Source: Candidatus Aminicenantes bacterium (GTDB lineage: Bacteria > Acidobacteriota > Aminicenantia > Aminicenantales > JAFGBC01). Taken from it: a DNA stretch of 64,000 bases. Positions within the stretch are counted from its first letter, which is position 1, and each line of letters starts with the position of its first letter. The notes below the pieces were generated by a model. That model made no database searches and was not told the DNA's origin. It saw only the letters and a program-made list of their open reading frames with translations. Shown here piece after piece: positions 8,136 through 16,397 of the stretch. A program made the translations under genes and the position numbers. The stretch lies in NCBI GenBank assembly GCA_963702005.1, contig OY969696.1, positions 864,001 to 928,000 of the forward strand, given 5' to 3'.

Positions 8136-10166
8136 CTATAGTTTTTTCTTCCAGATTCCGGCGCTGTAGGTTCCGGCGAACAGGGTCCGGCTGGCGGCAT
8201 GAAATTCGAGATGGAGGATGTTTTTATCGATCAGCCCTTCGGAGATGTCGGTCCAGGTCAGGCCCCGGTCCTTGCTCTGAAATACGCCGCCGCTTCCCCC
8301 GCTAAAGATCTCGTTCGGGTTGCTTTTGTTGGCGATGATGGAATATGCGCCGTTCGGGCCCGAGCACTTGGTCCATGTTTGGCCGCCGTCCGCGCTCCGA
8401 TAAATTCCATCCCATGAGGTTCCGGCGTAGACGATGTTCGAGTTTCCCGGATCGACGGCGATGGACTTGATGTCCCTGTAGGTCCAGGGGAGCCGCGTCC
8501 AGGACGCGCCGCCGTTCGTGCTCTTGTAGATAGCCCCGACATTGTAGTCGGAGGTGTAGCCTCCCGCGAAAATAACGCTGGAGTTCGAGGGGTCGAAGGC
8601 CGCGGTGTTGATGGTGTAGGCCGTCTCGTTGGCGATTTTGGCCTGGGTCCAGGTATCACCCCCGTTCGAGGTGAGATACAGCCCGATATAATTCGGGTCG
8701 CTAGACGTGTTGTAAATCCACCCCGAGACCGCGATCCGGCTGGGATTCCGGGGGTCCCCGGCGATTCCGGTGACGTTCTTGTGGAGGATGTTCGTTTTCG
8801 TCTGGGCTCCGTCTACAGACCTGTAGACGTCGTCCTCGCCTCAACCCCCGGCCAGGAAAAAGACCGTCTTTGGGTTCGAAGGATGGACGACAAAACCCAG
8901 AATACTCTCACAGCGGTAAAAATCAGGGCACTTGGTCCAAGCCCCGCCGCCGTTCGCGGTCTTGAACAGGGCGTAGTTCGCGACCTCGGTGTAGATCGTC
9001 TGAGCGGAGGAGGGCGCGACTCCGAAGGAATCAGGCCTGGAGGCCCTGATCCCTGTGTGGCTCGCTTTCCAGAGGATCCCTGCGTTCTGGCTCTTGAAGA
9101 TCCCGGCCCAGGTGCCGCCGATGATCGTGTTGCCGTTCACCAGGAGCCGGGTGCCGTATCCGTAGATCCCGTTTCCGTAATGTGTCCAGGTCTTCCCGCC
9201 GTCCACGCTCTTCCAGCAGCCCCGATCGTTCTCCTCGTTGCCGCTGCCCAGGCCATAGAGCGTGCCGGGCTTGGCCTTATCCACTGCGAGGGCGCTCACG
9301 TTCAAGTAAAATGGTGAGGCTTGGTTCTGCCACGAGCCCCCTCCGTTCGTCGTCCTCGCGACTCCATTACTGTAAGCGACGAAGACGGAGTTCGGGTCTA
9401 TCGGATGGAGGACCAGTCCGTCGGCTCTGGGATTGATGACAGTGCCGGGATTGAAAACAGCGTCCTTGGTGATGTTCTTGTAGCTGCCGCCGCCGTTCGT
9501 GGATTTAAAAATCCCGACCTTCCCTTTGCCCGCTTTAGTATAGTTCCCGCAGAGGTAGATGATATTCGGATTCTTGGGATGGATTCCGATGTCGAGGATG
9601 TCGCCGTACTGGGCCGTCGGCTCGAGCTTGACGATCGTCCAGGTTTGGCCGCCGTTCGCGGACTTGGCGACGGCCGGGCAATAGGCCCACGTCGAAAAAT
9701 TTGTGACGAAATGTCCCGTGATGAAAAAAATCTTCGAGTTCGAGGGATGGATCGCCATGCGGCCGCTGTAGGCCTGAAAACCGAACGGGCAGGCGATGCT
9801 GTCGGGAAAAGTGACGCCCCGGTCCGAGGACTTGAGAATGGCATAGCTCGAGTAAGCGAAGACGACGTTGGCGTTTTTCGGGTCCGTCACTATATCATTG
9901 ATGCTGTTTTGGAGGATAAGGGTCCGCGTCCAGGTCAAACCGTTGTTCGAGGACTTGAAGAATTGAGAGGGATAGACGGCAGCGGAGGCGTAGATCTCGC
10001 TGGGATATTTTGGGTTCCGGGCCAGCCCTCGGACTTCTCCCCCGTAGGGGCCGATGGCCGTCCAGGCGGAGGCGCCGCCGGGCGCCCTGTCAGCCGGCGT
10101 CTCCCGCCCGCCGAAAAGCAGGGCGCAACACAGGACGATGATAGCGACGAGGACAATCCTCTTCAT
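8136..10166 (-). CDS. Secreted Asp-box/BNR-repeat beta-propeller protein, 676 aa if the in-frame TGA (8843-8841, codon 442) is read as selenocysteine
   Basis: GGAGG RBS, signal peptide MKRIVLVAIIVLCCALLFG; S-x-(N/D)-G-G-x-(T/S)-W repeats on both sides of TGA; frame stays open 234 codons to TAG 8138-8136 with no in-frame ATG/GTG/TTG. Confidence 0.8.
8810..8829 (-). promoter_or_regulatory. Candidate bacterial SECIS element
   Basis: mRNA UGA-GGCGAGGACGA-CGUCUACAGGUCUGUAGACG: perfect stem starting 11 nt after UGA, apex CAGGUCUG as in E. coli fdhF SECIS. Confidence 0.75.
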
Positions 10167-10209
10167 GGCCCTCCTCCCAGGCGGCTTTGAGGCAAATCCC
10201 TTTAGCCAA

Positions 10210-10238
10210 ATAATAGCGCCACAGGCCACGTGCGTCAA
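10210..10238 (-). promoter_or_regulatory. Sigma70-like promoter of the Asp-box gene
   Basis: TTGACG (10238-10233), 17 bp, TATTAT (10215-10210). Confidence 0.55.
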
Positions 10239-10267
10239 TCTTAGAGAACTGGATTCACGCGCAAGGT

Positions 10268-10324
10268 GGAATTCCGGGGACACGATACCGAATTAAGAAA
10301 TTCGATTCATGTCCCCGGAATTCC
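10268..10324. repeat. Long palindrome, REP/MITE-like
   Basis: Perfect 15-bp IR GGAATTCCGGGGACA/TGTCCCCGGAATTCC enclosing an inner IR CGAATT/AATTCG. Confidence 0.7.
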
Positions 10325-10373
10325 GGGCCGGTCTTGATTTCGCCGCCGCCTTGCGGATAATATGGTCGGGAAC

Positions 10374-11222
10374 ATGATCAAGGTCATCGTCAACGCCGAC
10401 GATTTCGGCTTCTGCCCGAGCGTCAACGAGGGCATCGTCCTCGCCCACCGCGAGGGGATCCTGACCAGCGCGACCTTGATGGCCAACGCCCCCGGCTTCG
10501 ACCAGGCCGTCGCCCTCTCCCGCGAGAACCCGAACCTGGGCATCGGCGTCCACCTCAACATCGTTCGGGGACGGCCCCTGTCGGACCCCGCCCGGATCTC
10601 GAGCGCGGTCGCCCCGGACGGCCGTTTTTGGGGGAGCGTCTACAAGATCATCCGCAAGCACTATGCGCGCTCCATCCGCCTCGCCGACGTCGAAACGGAA
10701 TGGCGGGCCCAGATTGAGAAGGCCCTGAGGGCCGGGATCGCCGTGACCCATCTCGACAGCGAAAAGCACATGCACACCTTCCCGCCCTACTTCAGGATCG
10801 CGCTCAAGCTCGCCGGCGACTTCAACATCCGGGCCGTCCGCTTCATCAACGAGCGCTGCCTATCCCTCTCGCCGGCCCAAAACGTCAAGTCCTTCTTCAT
10901 CGCGGCCTGCTGCCGTTCGATGCGTAAGACGATTCGCAATCATGGTATAATGACCGTCGACCGCTTCTACGGCGTGTGCCATAGCGGCCGGATGACGGCC
11001 CCCCGGATCCGGAGGATCCTGGAGCGGGCCGGGGAGGGCTGCAGCGAGATCATGGTCCACCCCGGCCGCCTGACGGAGGAGCTCGTGTCTCTGGAGAAGG
11101 AGTTCGGGTCTTATTACATCAACAACCTCCGGGAGGTCGAGTTGGGGGCCCTGCTCGACCCGGACCTCAAGCGCGTCGTCCGCGAGCGCGGGGTCCGGCT
11201 GATCTCCTACGGCGGGATGTGA
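10374..11222 (+). CDS. YdjC/ChbG/HpnK-family carbohydrate deacetylase
   Basis: IVNADDFG, TSATLMAN, GVHLN, THLDSEKHMH, EIMVHPG. Confidence 0.9.
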   Translation: MIKVIVNADDFGFCPSVNEGIVLAHREGILTSATLMANAPGFDQAVALSRENPNLGIGVHLNIVRGRPLSDPARISSAVAPDGRFWGSVYKIIRKHYARSIRLADVETEWRAQIEKALRAGIAVTHLDSEKHMHTFPPYFRIALKLAGDFNIRAVRFINERCLSLSPAQNVKSFFIAACCRSMRKTIRNHGIMTVDRFYGVCHSGRMTAPRIRRILERAGEGCSEIMVHPGRLTEELVSLEKEFGSYYINNLREVELGALLDPDLKRVVRERGVRLISYGGM

Positions 11223-11224
11223 GA

Positions 11225-12220
11225 ATGAACAGAGTCCGAAACGCCATCGACCTTTCCATCGTCGTCCCCTTCTTCAACGAGGAGGCGAGCATCCCCGAGC
11301 TCTACCGGCGGCTGGCCGACGTCCTCCGCAAGACGCGGCTCCGCTACGAGCTTATCTTCGTCGACGACGGCAGCCGCGACCGGACGCCCCAGGTTCTGGA
11401 CGGCATTTTCCGCAAGGACAAGGCCGTCCACGTCATCCGCCTCAAGAAAAACTTCGGCCAGACGGCGGGGCTGGCGGCCGGGTTCGATTTCGCCCAGGGC
11501 GAGACGATCATCTCTATGGACGGCGACCTCCAGCACGCGCCCGAGGACATTCCCCTCTTCCTGGAGAAGATGAAGGAAGGCTACGACATCGTCAGCGGCT
11601 GGCGCAAGCGCCGGGTCGACAACTTCATCCTGCGCCGGCTTCCCTCGCTTGTCGCCAACCGGATGATGAAGAAGCTCTCGGGCGTCGACATCCACGACTT
11701 CGGGACGACCTTCAAGGCCTACAAGAAGGAGGCCATCAAGAGCGTCGATCTCTACGGAGAGCTCCACCGCTTCATCCCCGCCCTGATCAGCCGGACCGGC
11801 GTCAAGATCGTCGAAATTCCGATCAAGAACATCGTCCGTCCCAAGGGGAAGTCCAAGTACGGGCTGTCCCGGGTCCGGCGGGTCTTCTTCGACTTGATGA
11901 CGGTCAAGTTCCTGATCTCTTTCCTGGATCGGCCCCTTCAGTTTTTCGGCCTGATCGGGCTCATCCTGGGGGGGCTGGGATTTCTGATCGCCCTTCTCCT
12001 GACCCTCGGTTTCTACCTGCTGGGCTGGTCCATCCGGGAGAACATGGGGAATCTCGTCCTGGCCGTGTTCCTGATGATCCTGGGCGTCCAGTTTGTCATG
12101 ACCGGGCTCCTGGCCGAGATGATCTCCCGCATCTACTTCACGACCCATAAAATCAAAATCTATACCCTGGAAAGGGTCCAGACCCACCGGAAAGACGACC
12201 GTGCGGCCCATTCCCGATAA
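11225..12220 (+). CDS. GT2 polyprenol-phosphate glycosyltransferase (ArnC/DPM-like)
   Basis: VVPFFNEE, VDDGSRD, NFGQTAG, MDGDLQH, SKY; two C-terminal TM helices. Confidence 0.9.
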   Translation: MNRVRNAIDLSIVVPFFNEEASIPELYRRLADVLRKTRLRYELIFVDDGSRDRTPQVLDGIFRKDKAVHVIRLKKNFGQTAGLAAGFDFAQGETIISMDGDLQHAPEDIPLFLEKMKEGYDIVSGWRKRRVDNFILRRLPSLVANRMMKKLSGVDIHDFGTTFKAYKKEAIKSVDLYGELHRFIPALISRTGVKIVEIPIKNIVRPKGKSKYGLSRVRRVFFDLMTVKFLISFLDRPLQFFGLIGLILGGLGFLIALLLTLGFYLLGWSIRENMGNLVLAVFLMILGVQFVMTGLLAEMISRIYFTTHKIKIYTLERVQTHRKDDRAAHSR

Positions 12221-14309
12221 GACAAGGAGCCTCGTCCTCTGGGCGGCCGTCGCCCTGCTGGCCCTGGCCGCGCTCCTGGCCCTCCTCCCCAGGCTCGGGT
12301 CGCTCGCCCTGTGGATGGACGAAGGCTTTCACTGGCTGGCCGCCCGCGGCATCCTGGATCACGGCTACCCGCTTTTTCCCTCGGGCCATGTCTATTACAA
12401 GGCCATCCTCTATACCTATTTTCTCGCCCTTTTTTCCTTGCTCTTCGGGCTCTCGGCGACGAGCCTCCGGCTGGTGAGCGTGCTAGCCTTCGCCGGCCTG
12501 CTGCCGGTCGCCTTCCTGACCGTCAAGCGATTCTTCGGCCGGACGGCCGCCCTGGTCGCGGTCCTCGGCCTCGCCTTCTCCGCCTGGCAGGTCGAATTCG
12601 GCCGAGCCGCCCTCTACTTCGCCCCGCTCCAGGTCGCTTACCTGGCTTGTCTCTACTTGTTCTATAGAGGCTATTTCGAGGAGGACGCCCGGGCGCGGCG
12701 CTGGGCGCTCGTCCTGTTCCTGCTCATCCCGCTCATCCACCAGCTCGGCGTCGGCGTCTGGTTCTGCTTTCCCGCTCTCCTCTTCATCCGCGGAGCCAAG
12801 CGTTTCTTCCGGAAGGACGTCCTCGTGCCGCTGGGCGTCATCACGGGCTTCTACGCCGCGGTCCAGCTCCAAGAATTCTTCTTCTGGCAGGTCGGCTACG
12901 TCTACGAGCGGACCGACCAGAGCCTGAGCGGGCTCGTCCACTACTTCATCTCGGGATTTTCGCTGAGCTACTTTCAGGAGTTTTTCAAGAGCTTCCCGGT
13001 CATGAGCCTGGTCGTGGCCGCCGGATTCTTCCTCTGCCTCGGCGTCCGGCTCCGGGCCGGGGACGATGAAAAACGGTCGGGCGGGGGGATGTTCGGCGTC
13101 CCCTGGCTGTTCATGAACCTCGGCCTCCTCTTCCCCGTCCTGTTCCTGGGCTTCTTCCGCACCCATGTCCAGCCGCGCTACCTGGCCCAGCTCTACCCCG
13201 TCTTCCTGATCCTGTTCGTGGCCGCCCTCTTCGCCCTGGCCGCGGTCCTGTTCGACCTCGTCGTTTCACCCCTCGTTTCGTTCAAGACGGAGGGGCTCCG
13301 CAAGGCCGTGGCCGGGGGGCTGGCCGTCCTCCTCTTCGTCCTCCTGGCGGAGGGAATCGGCGTCGGCCGGGTCGAAAAAATCCTCCAGCGCCGCTACGGC
13401 GATCCCATCGCGTCGGACATCATCACCCGCTCCGGCCGCTTCGAACATTACGATAATGAGGGCGTCGGATCCTATGTCCGCCGCTTCCTCGCGCCCGACG
13501 ACATCGTCATCGCCGTCCACGTCGTGTTCGGATATATTTACGCCGGCCGGGTCGACTACTGGTTGTGGACCGGGGGGCCGGGGACCTGGGACGCCTGGGA
13601 GAAGACGGCCGAAGGCTGGAAGGATTTCTACATCGGCGCGAAGTGGGTCAACACCCTGTCCGACCTGAGGACGATCATCGATGGAAATCCGGCCAAGCGG
13701 ATCTGGCTGATCGCCTCGCCCTCCCTCGATAATCCGGCCCACGTCCGGACGGAGGTCGCGGACTACATCAAGAGCGATCCGGGGCGGCTCGTGTTCCGGG
13801 GCCGGGACGGAATGTCCGGAGTCTATCTCTGGCACGACGCCAAGGGCGAATTCGCCGGACCGCCCCGCAGCCTCGAGGGCGAATGGATTCCGGAACCGCC
13901 CGGCCGGCTCGTGTTCGCCCCCGACGCCTCCAGGCAGTGCGCCCTTCTTCTGGAGAAAAAAAGGATGAGGAGGCCCGCGGCCTTCGAGGCCGCTCTCGAG
14001 GCGAAGCTTCCGGCCGGCCGCTATAAGCTCGTCATGCGCGCTAAGACCGACGAGGCGGGCATCCTGGAGAGGATTTTGGGCGTCTCCCTTCAAGCGGGGA
14101 AGGCAGAGTCCGAGGTCCGTTCCTTCACGGTCGCCGGGTCCGATTTCGAGGGGCCGGACCGCTACCGGGAGTTCGCCTGGGATATCATCCTCGAGCGCGC
14201 TGAACCGCTTGTCCTCAAGTTCCTGTTCACGGGCCGGGCGAACTTGACCCTGGATTATATCGACATCCGGCCCGCCGACGCCGCGGAGAGGGAAGGGGGG
14301 AGGCGATGA
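12201..14309 (+). CDS. GT-C fold (ArnT/PMT-like) membrane glycosyltransferase with C-terminal beta-sandwich
   Basis: LWMDE motif after TM1, many TM segments, QPRYL, soluble C-terminal domain ending LTLDYIDI. Confidence 0.78.
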   Translation: MRPIPDKTRSLVLWAAVALLALAALLALLPRLGSLALWMDEGFHWLAARGILDHGYPLFPSGHVYYKAILYTYFLALFSLLFGLSATSLRLVSVLAFAGLLPVAFLTVKRFFGRTAALVAVLGLAFSAWQVEFGRAALYFAPLQVAYLACLYLFYRGYFEEDARARRWALVLFLLIPLIHQLGVGVWFCFPALLFIRGAKRFFRKDVLVPLGVITGFYAAVQLQEFFFWQVGYVYERTDQSLSGLVHYFISGFSLSYFQEFFKSFPVMSLVVAAGFFLCLGVRLRAGDDEKRSGGGMFGVPWLFMNLGLLFPVLFLGFFRTHVQPRYLAQLYPVFLILFVAALFALAAVLFDLVVSPLVSFKTEGLRKAVAGGLAVLLFVLLAEGIGVGRVEKILQRRYGDPIASDIITRSGRFEHYDNEGVGSYVRRFLAPDDIVIAVHVVFGYIYAGRVDYWLWTGGPGTWDAWEKTAEGWKDFYIGAKWVNTLSDLRTIIDGNPAKRIWLIASPSLDNPAHVRTEVADYIKSDPGRLVFRGRDGMSGVYLWHDAKGEFAGPPRSLEGEWIPEPPGRLVFAPDASRQCALLLEKKRMRRPAAFEAALEAKLPAGRYKLVMRAKTDEAGILERILGVSLQAGKAESEVRSFTVAGSDFEGPDRYREFAWDIILERAEPLVLKFLFTGRANLTLDYIDIRPADAAEREGGRR

Positions 14310-15083
14310 GCCGGGACTACTACGGCAGCATCCACAAGGAGCTTCTTCGAGAAGGACCGGACCTTGTCCGAAAAATACGCGGACATCGTCATCGGCCGCA
14401 AGGGACTCTTCCGGCTCCTCAAGCACGAGCTCATCGTCCTGTGTTTCTCGGGATTGCCCGGCGCGCTGGGCTTCTTTCTGAGGAAGATCTTCTACCCGCG
14501 CTTGTTCGGGAGCGTCGGCCGGGGCGTCGTCTTCGGGCGGAACATCGTCTTCCGCCATCCCGGCAAGATCGCGATCGGCGACAACACGATCATCGACGAC
14601 GGCGTCGTCCTCGACGCAAAGGGGAAGGGGAGCGAAGGGATCCGGATCGGCCGCCACGCCTATATCGGCCGCAACACTATCCTGAGCTGCAAGGACGGCT
14701 CCATCGTCGTCGAGGACTACTGCAACATCTCGGCCAACTGCACGATCCTGTCCGAGACCGAGGTCCGGCTCGGGACGTACTGCTTCCTGGCCGGGAACTG
14801 CTACCTCGTCGCCGGCGGCAACCACCGTTTCGACGACGTCGCGACGCCCATCATGTTCCAGCCCTCGATCACCAAGGGCGGGATCCGGGTCGGGTCGGAC
14901 GTCTGGCTCGGGGCGGGTGCCGTCGTCCTCGACGGGGTCACGGTCGGAAAAGGCGCCGTCATCGGGGCCGGTTCGGTCGTCACCGGCGACGTCCCCGACT
15001 ACGCGGTCGCCCGGGGCGCCCGCCAGCTCAAGATCCTGGGCCGCCGCGGCGAGCCGGAAAATAATAGTCAAAAAAAAGCTTGA
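14306..15083 (+). CDS. Hexapeptide-repeat acyltransferase with apparent +1 frameshift near 14342
   Basis: Hexapeptide repeats and IGAGSVVTGDVP in frame 14364-15083; RBS-bearing ATG 14306 lies in another frame. Confidence 0.8.
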
Positions 15084-15110
15084 CCCTCCCCCTGGGGGAG
15101 GCTCTACCCT
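15080..15110 (+). promoter_or_regulatory. MerR (BmrR-type) promoter/operator
   Basis: TTGACC, 19 bp, TACCCT; perfect dyad CCTCCCCC-T-GGGGGAGG (15085-15101) in the spacer. Confidence 0.8.
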
Positions 15111-15142
15111 GGGACTGAAATTTATGATATGGAGGTATGATC

Positions 15143-15787
15143 ATGAGTCCCACCAAACCCGCCCGGGGCAAGCTGGATTTCAAGAAGGATTTCAAGAAGC
15201 TGTACGCGGCCTCTCCCCAGGAGCCTTCGCTCGTGGACGTTCCGGTCTTCAACTGCCTGATGATCGACGGCCGGGGACATCCCGGGAAATCTCCCGATTT
15301 CCAGAAAAAAATCGAAGTCCTCTTCGGTCTGGCCTACACCTTGAAATTCACGTTCAAGTTCGACAAGAAAAAGCCGCTCGATTTCGCCGTGGCGCCCCTG
15401 TCCGGCCTCTACACGGCCGACGATCCGTCCTGTTTTCTGGACGAGCGCCGTCAAGCGGAATGGAAATGGACGCTGGCCATTCCGCTGCCGGACGAAATCG
15501 GCGCCGCCGCACTGGACAGGGCTAAGGCCGGCCTCCGCGAGAAAAAAAATCCCGAATTCCTGGATCAAGCCTACTTGAAAGTCCTCGACGAGGGGCTTTC
15601 GGTTCAGATCATGCACGTCGGTCCCTACGATAAGGAGGGGCCGACCATCGAGAAGCTCCATGCCTTCATGAAAGAGAACGGCTATAAGTTCAACGGCGCC
15701 CACAACGAGATCTATCTCGGGGACCCGCGCCGTGCCGATCCGGCGAAGCTTAAGACTATCATCCGCCAGCCCGTGAAAAAAGGATAA
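15143..15787 (+). CDS. GyrI-like small-molecule-binding domain protein
   Basis: LMIDGRGHP, PLSGLY, QIMHVGPYDKE, HNEIYLGDPRR, KLKTIIRQPV. Confidence 0.88.
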   Translation: MSPTKPARGKLDFKKDFKKLYAASPQEPSLVDVPVFNCLMIDGRGHPGKSPDFQKKIEVLFGLAYTLKFTFKFDKKKPLDFAVAPLSGLYTADDPSCFLDERRQAEWKWTLAIPLPDEIGAAALDRAKAGLREKKNPEFLDQAYLKVLDEGLSVQIMHVGPYDKEGPTIEKLHAFMKENGYKFNGAHNEIYLGDPRRADPAKLKTIIRQPVKKG

Positions 15788-15790
15788 CGG

Positions 15791-15913
15791 ATGCTTTCGA
15801 TCGGCGAGTTCTCCCGGGTGACGCAGATCGAGGAGTACGTCAAGGGACCAGGCTTCATTTTCCGCGGGAACCCCAAGAACTACCTGACCAAGCTCATGGT
15901 GCTCTTATCCTGA
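15791..15913 (+). pseudogene. MerR/GyrI-type regulator with large in-frame internal deletion
   Basis: 40 aa: MerR N-terminus MLSIGEFSRVTQ joined to GyrI-type C-terminus IEEYVKGPGFIFRGNPKNYLTKLMVLLS. Confidence 0.75.
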
Positions 15914-16297
15914 CAAAGATTCCCGTCTTCCTCGGAAGGGCTCGGGGCAGGATGGCTCGAAGGCACGTTCGCTTTCCCCAGACAGACTCGGCCGATGGGA
16001 TTCGAAGGACGCGAAATGATCCCAGCGAGCCCATTTCGCTCCGGCTTCGGGTCTCGCTCCCCTCAAGAGAGGAACCATGCCCGCTCGACCCTCCGACGGC
16101 CTTCTCCACCCCATCGACCTCGCCTGTTCCCCCTTTTCACATTCATGCCCGCTCGGTCTCTCATACGGCCTTCTTCACCATCCTCCCCTCGCCCTTACCT
16201 CAGGAGCTGATGTTGACCATTCCACCCAAAAAATTGACAGGCGGGGCCGATTATGTTAATTTGGCCGGTTTCATAACGCGTTTTGGGAGTCTGTCCG

Positions 16298-16387
16298 ATG
16301 AAGAAGTGGTTTCTGATCCTTCTGGGCGTCGTGGGCGCCGTGGCCGCCGTCCTGACCTTCCAGAAGATCCGTAAAAATAAGTCTTAA
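16298..16387 (+). CDS. 29-aa single-TM peptide MKKWFLILLGVVGAVAAVLTFQKIRKNKS
   Basis: GGGAG RBS, GC-rich third positions, upstream TTGACA (16234) with TG-n-TAATTT; 10 bp before next gene. Confidence 0.6.
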   Translation: MKKWFLILLGVVGAVAAVLTFQKIRKNKS

Positions 16388-16397
16388 AGGCGGGCCC

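Noticed and set aside
8258-8659. 133-aa minus-strand ORF as the downstream gene
   Set aside because: Pro/Arg/Ser-rich shadow frame; the Asp-box repeats are in the frame continuing from the TGA
8841-8843. Genome-wide UGA recoding (code 4/25) as explanation of the in-frame TGA
   Set aside because: TGA is the real stop of conserved genes here (asnB, thiolase, atpA, atpD)
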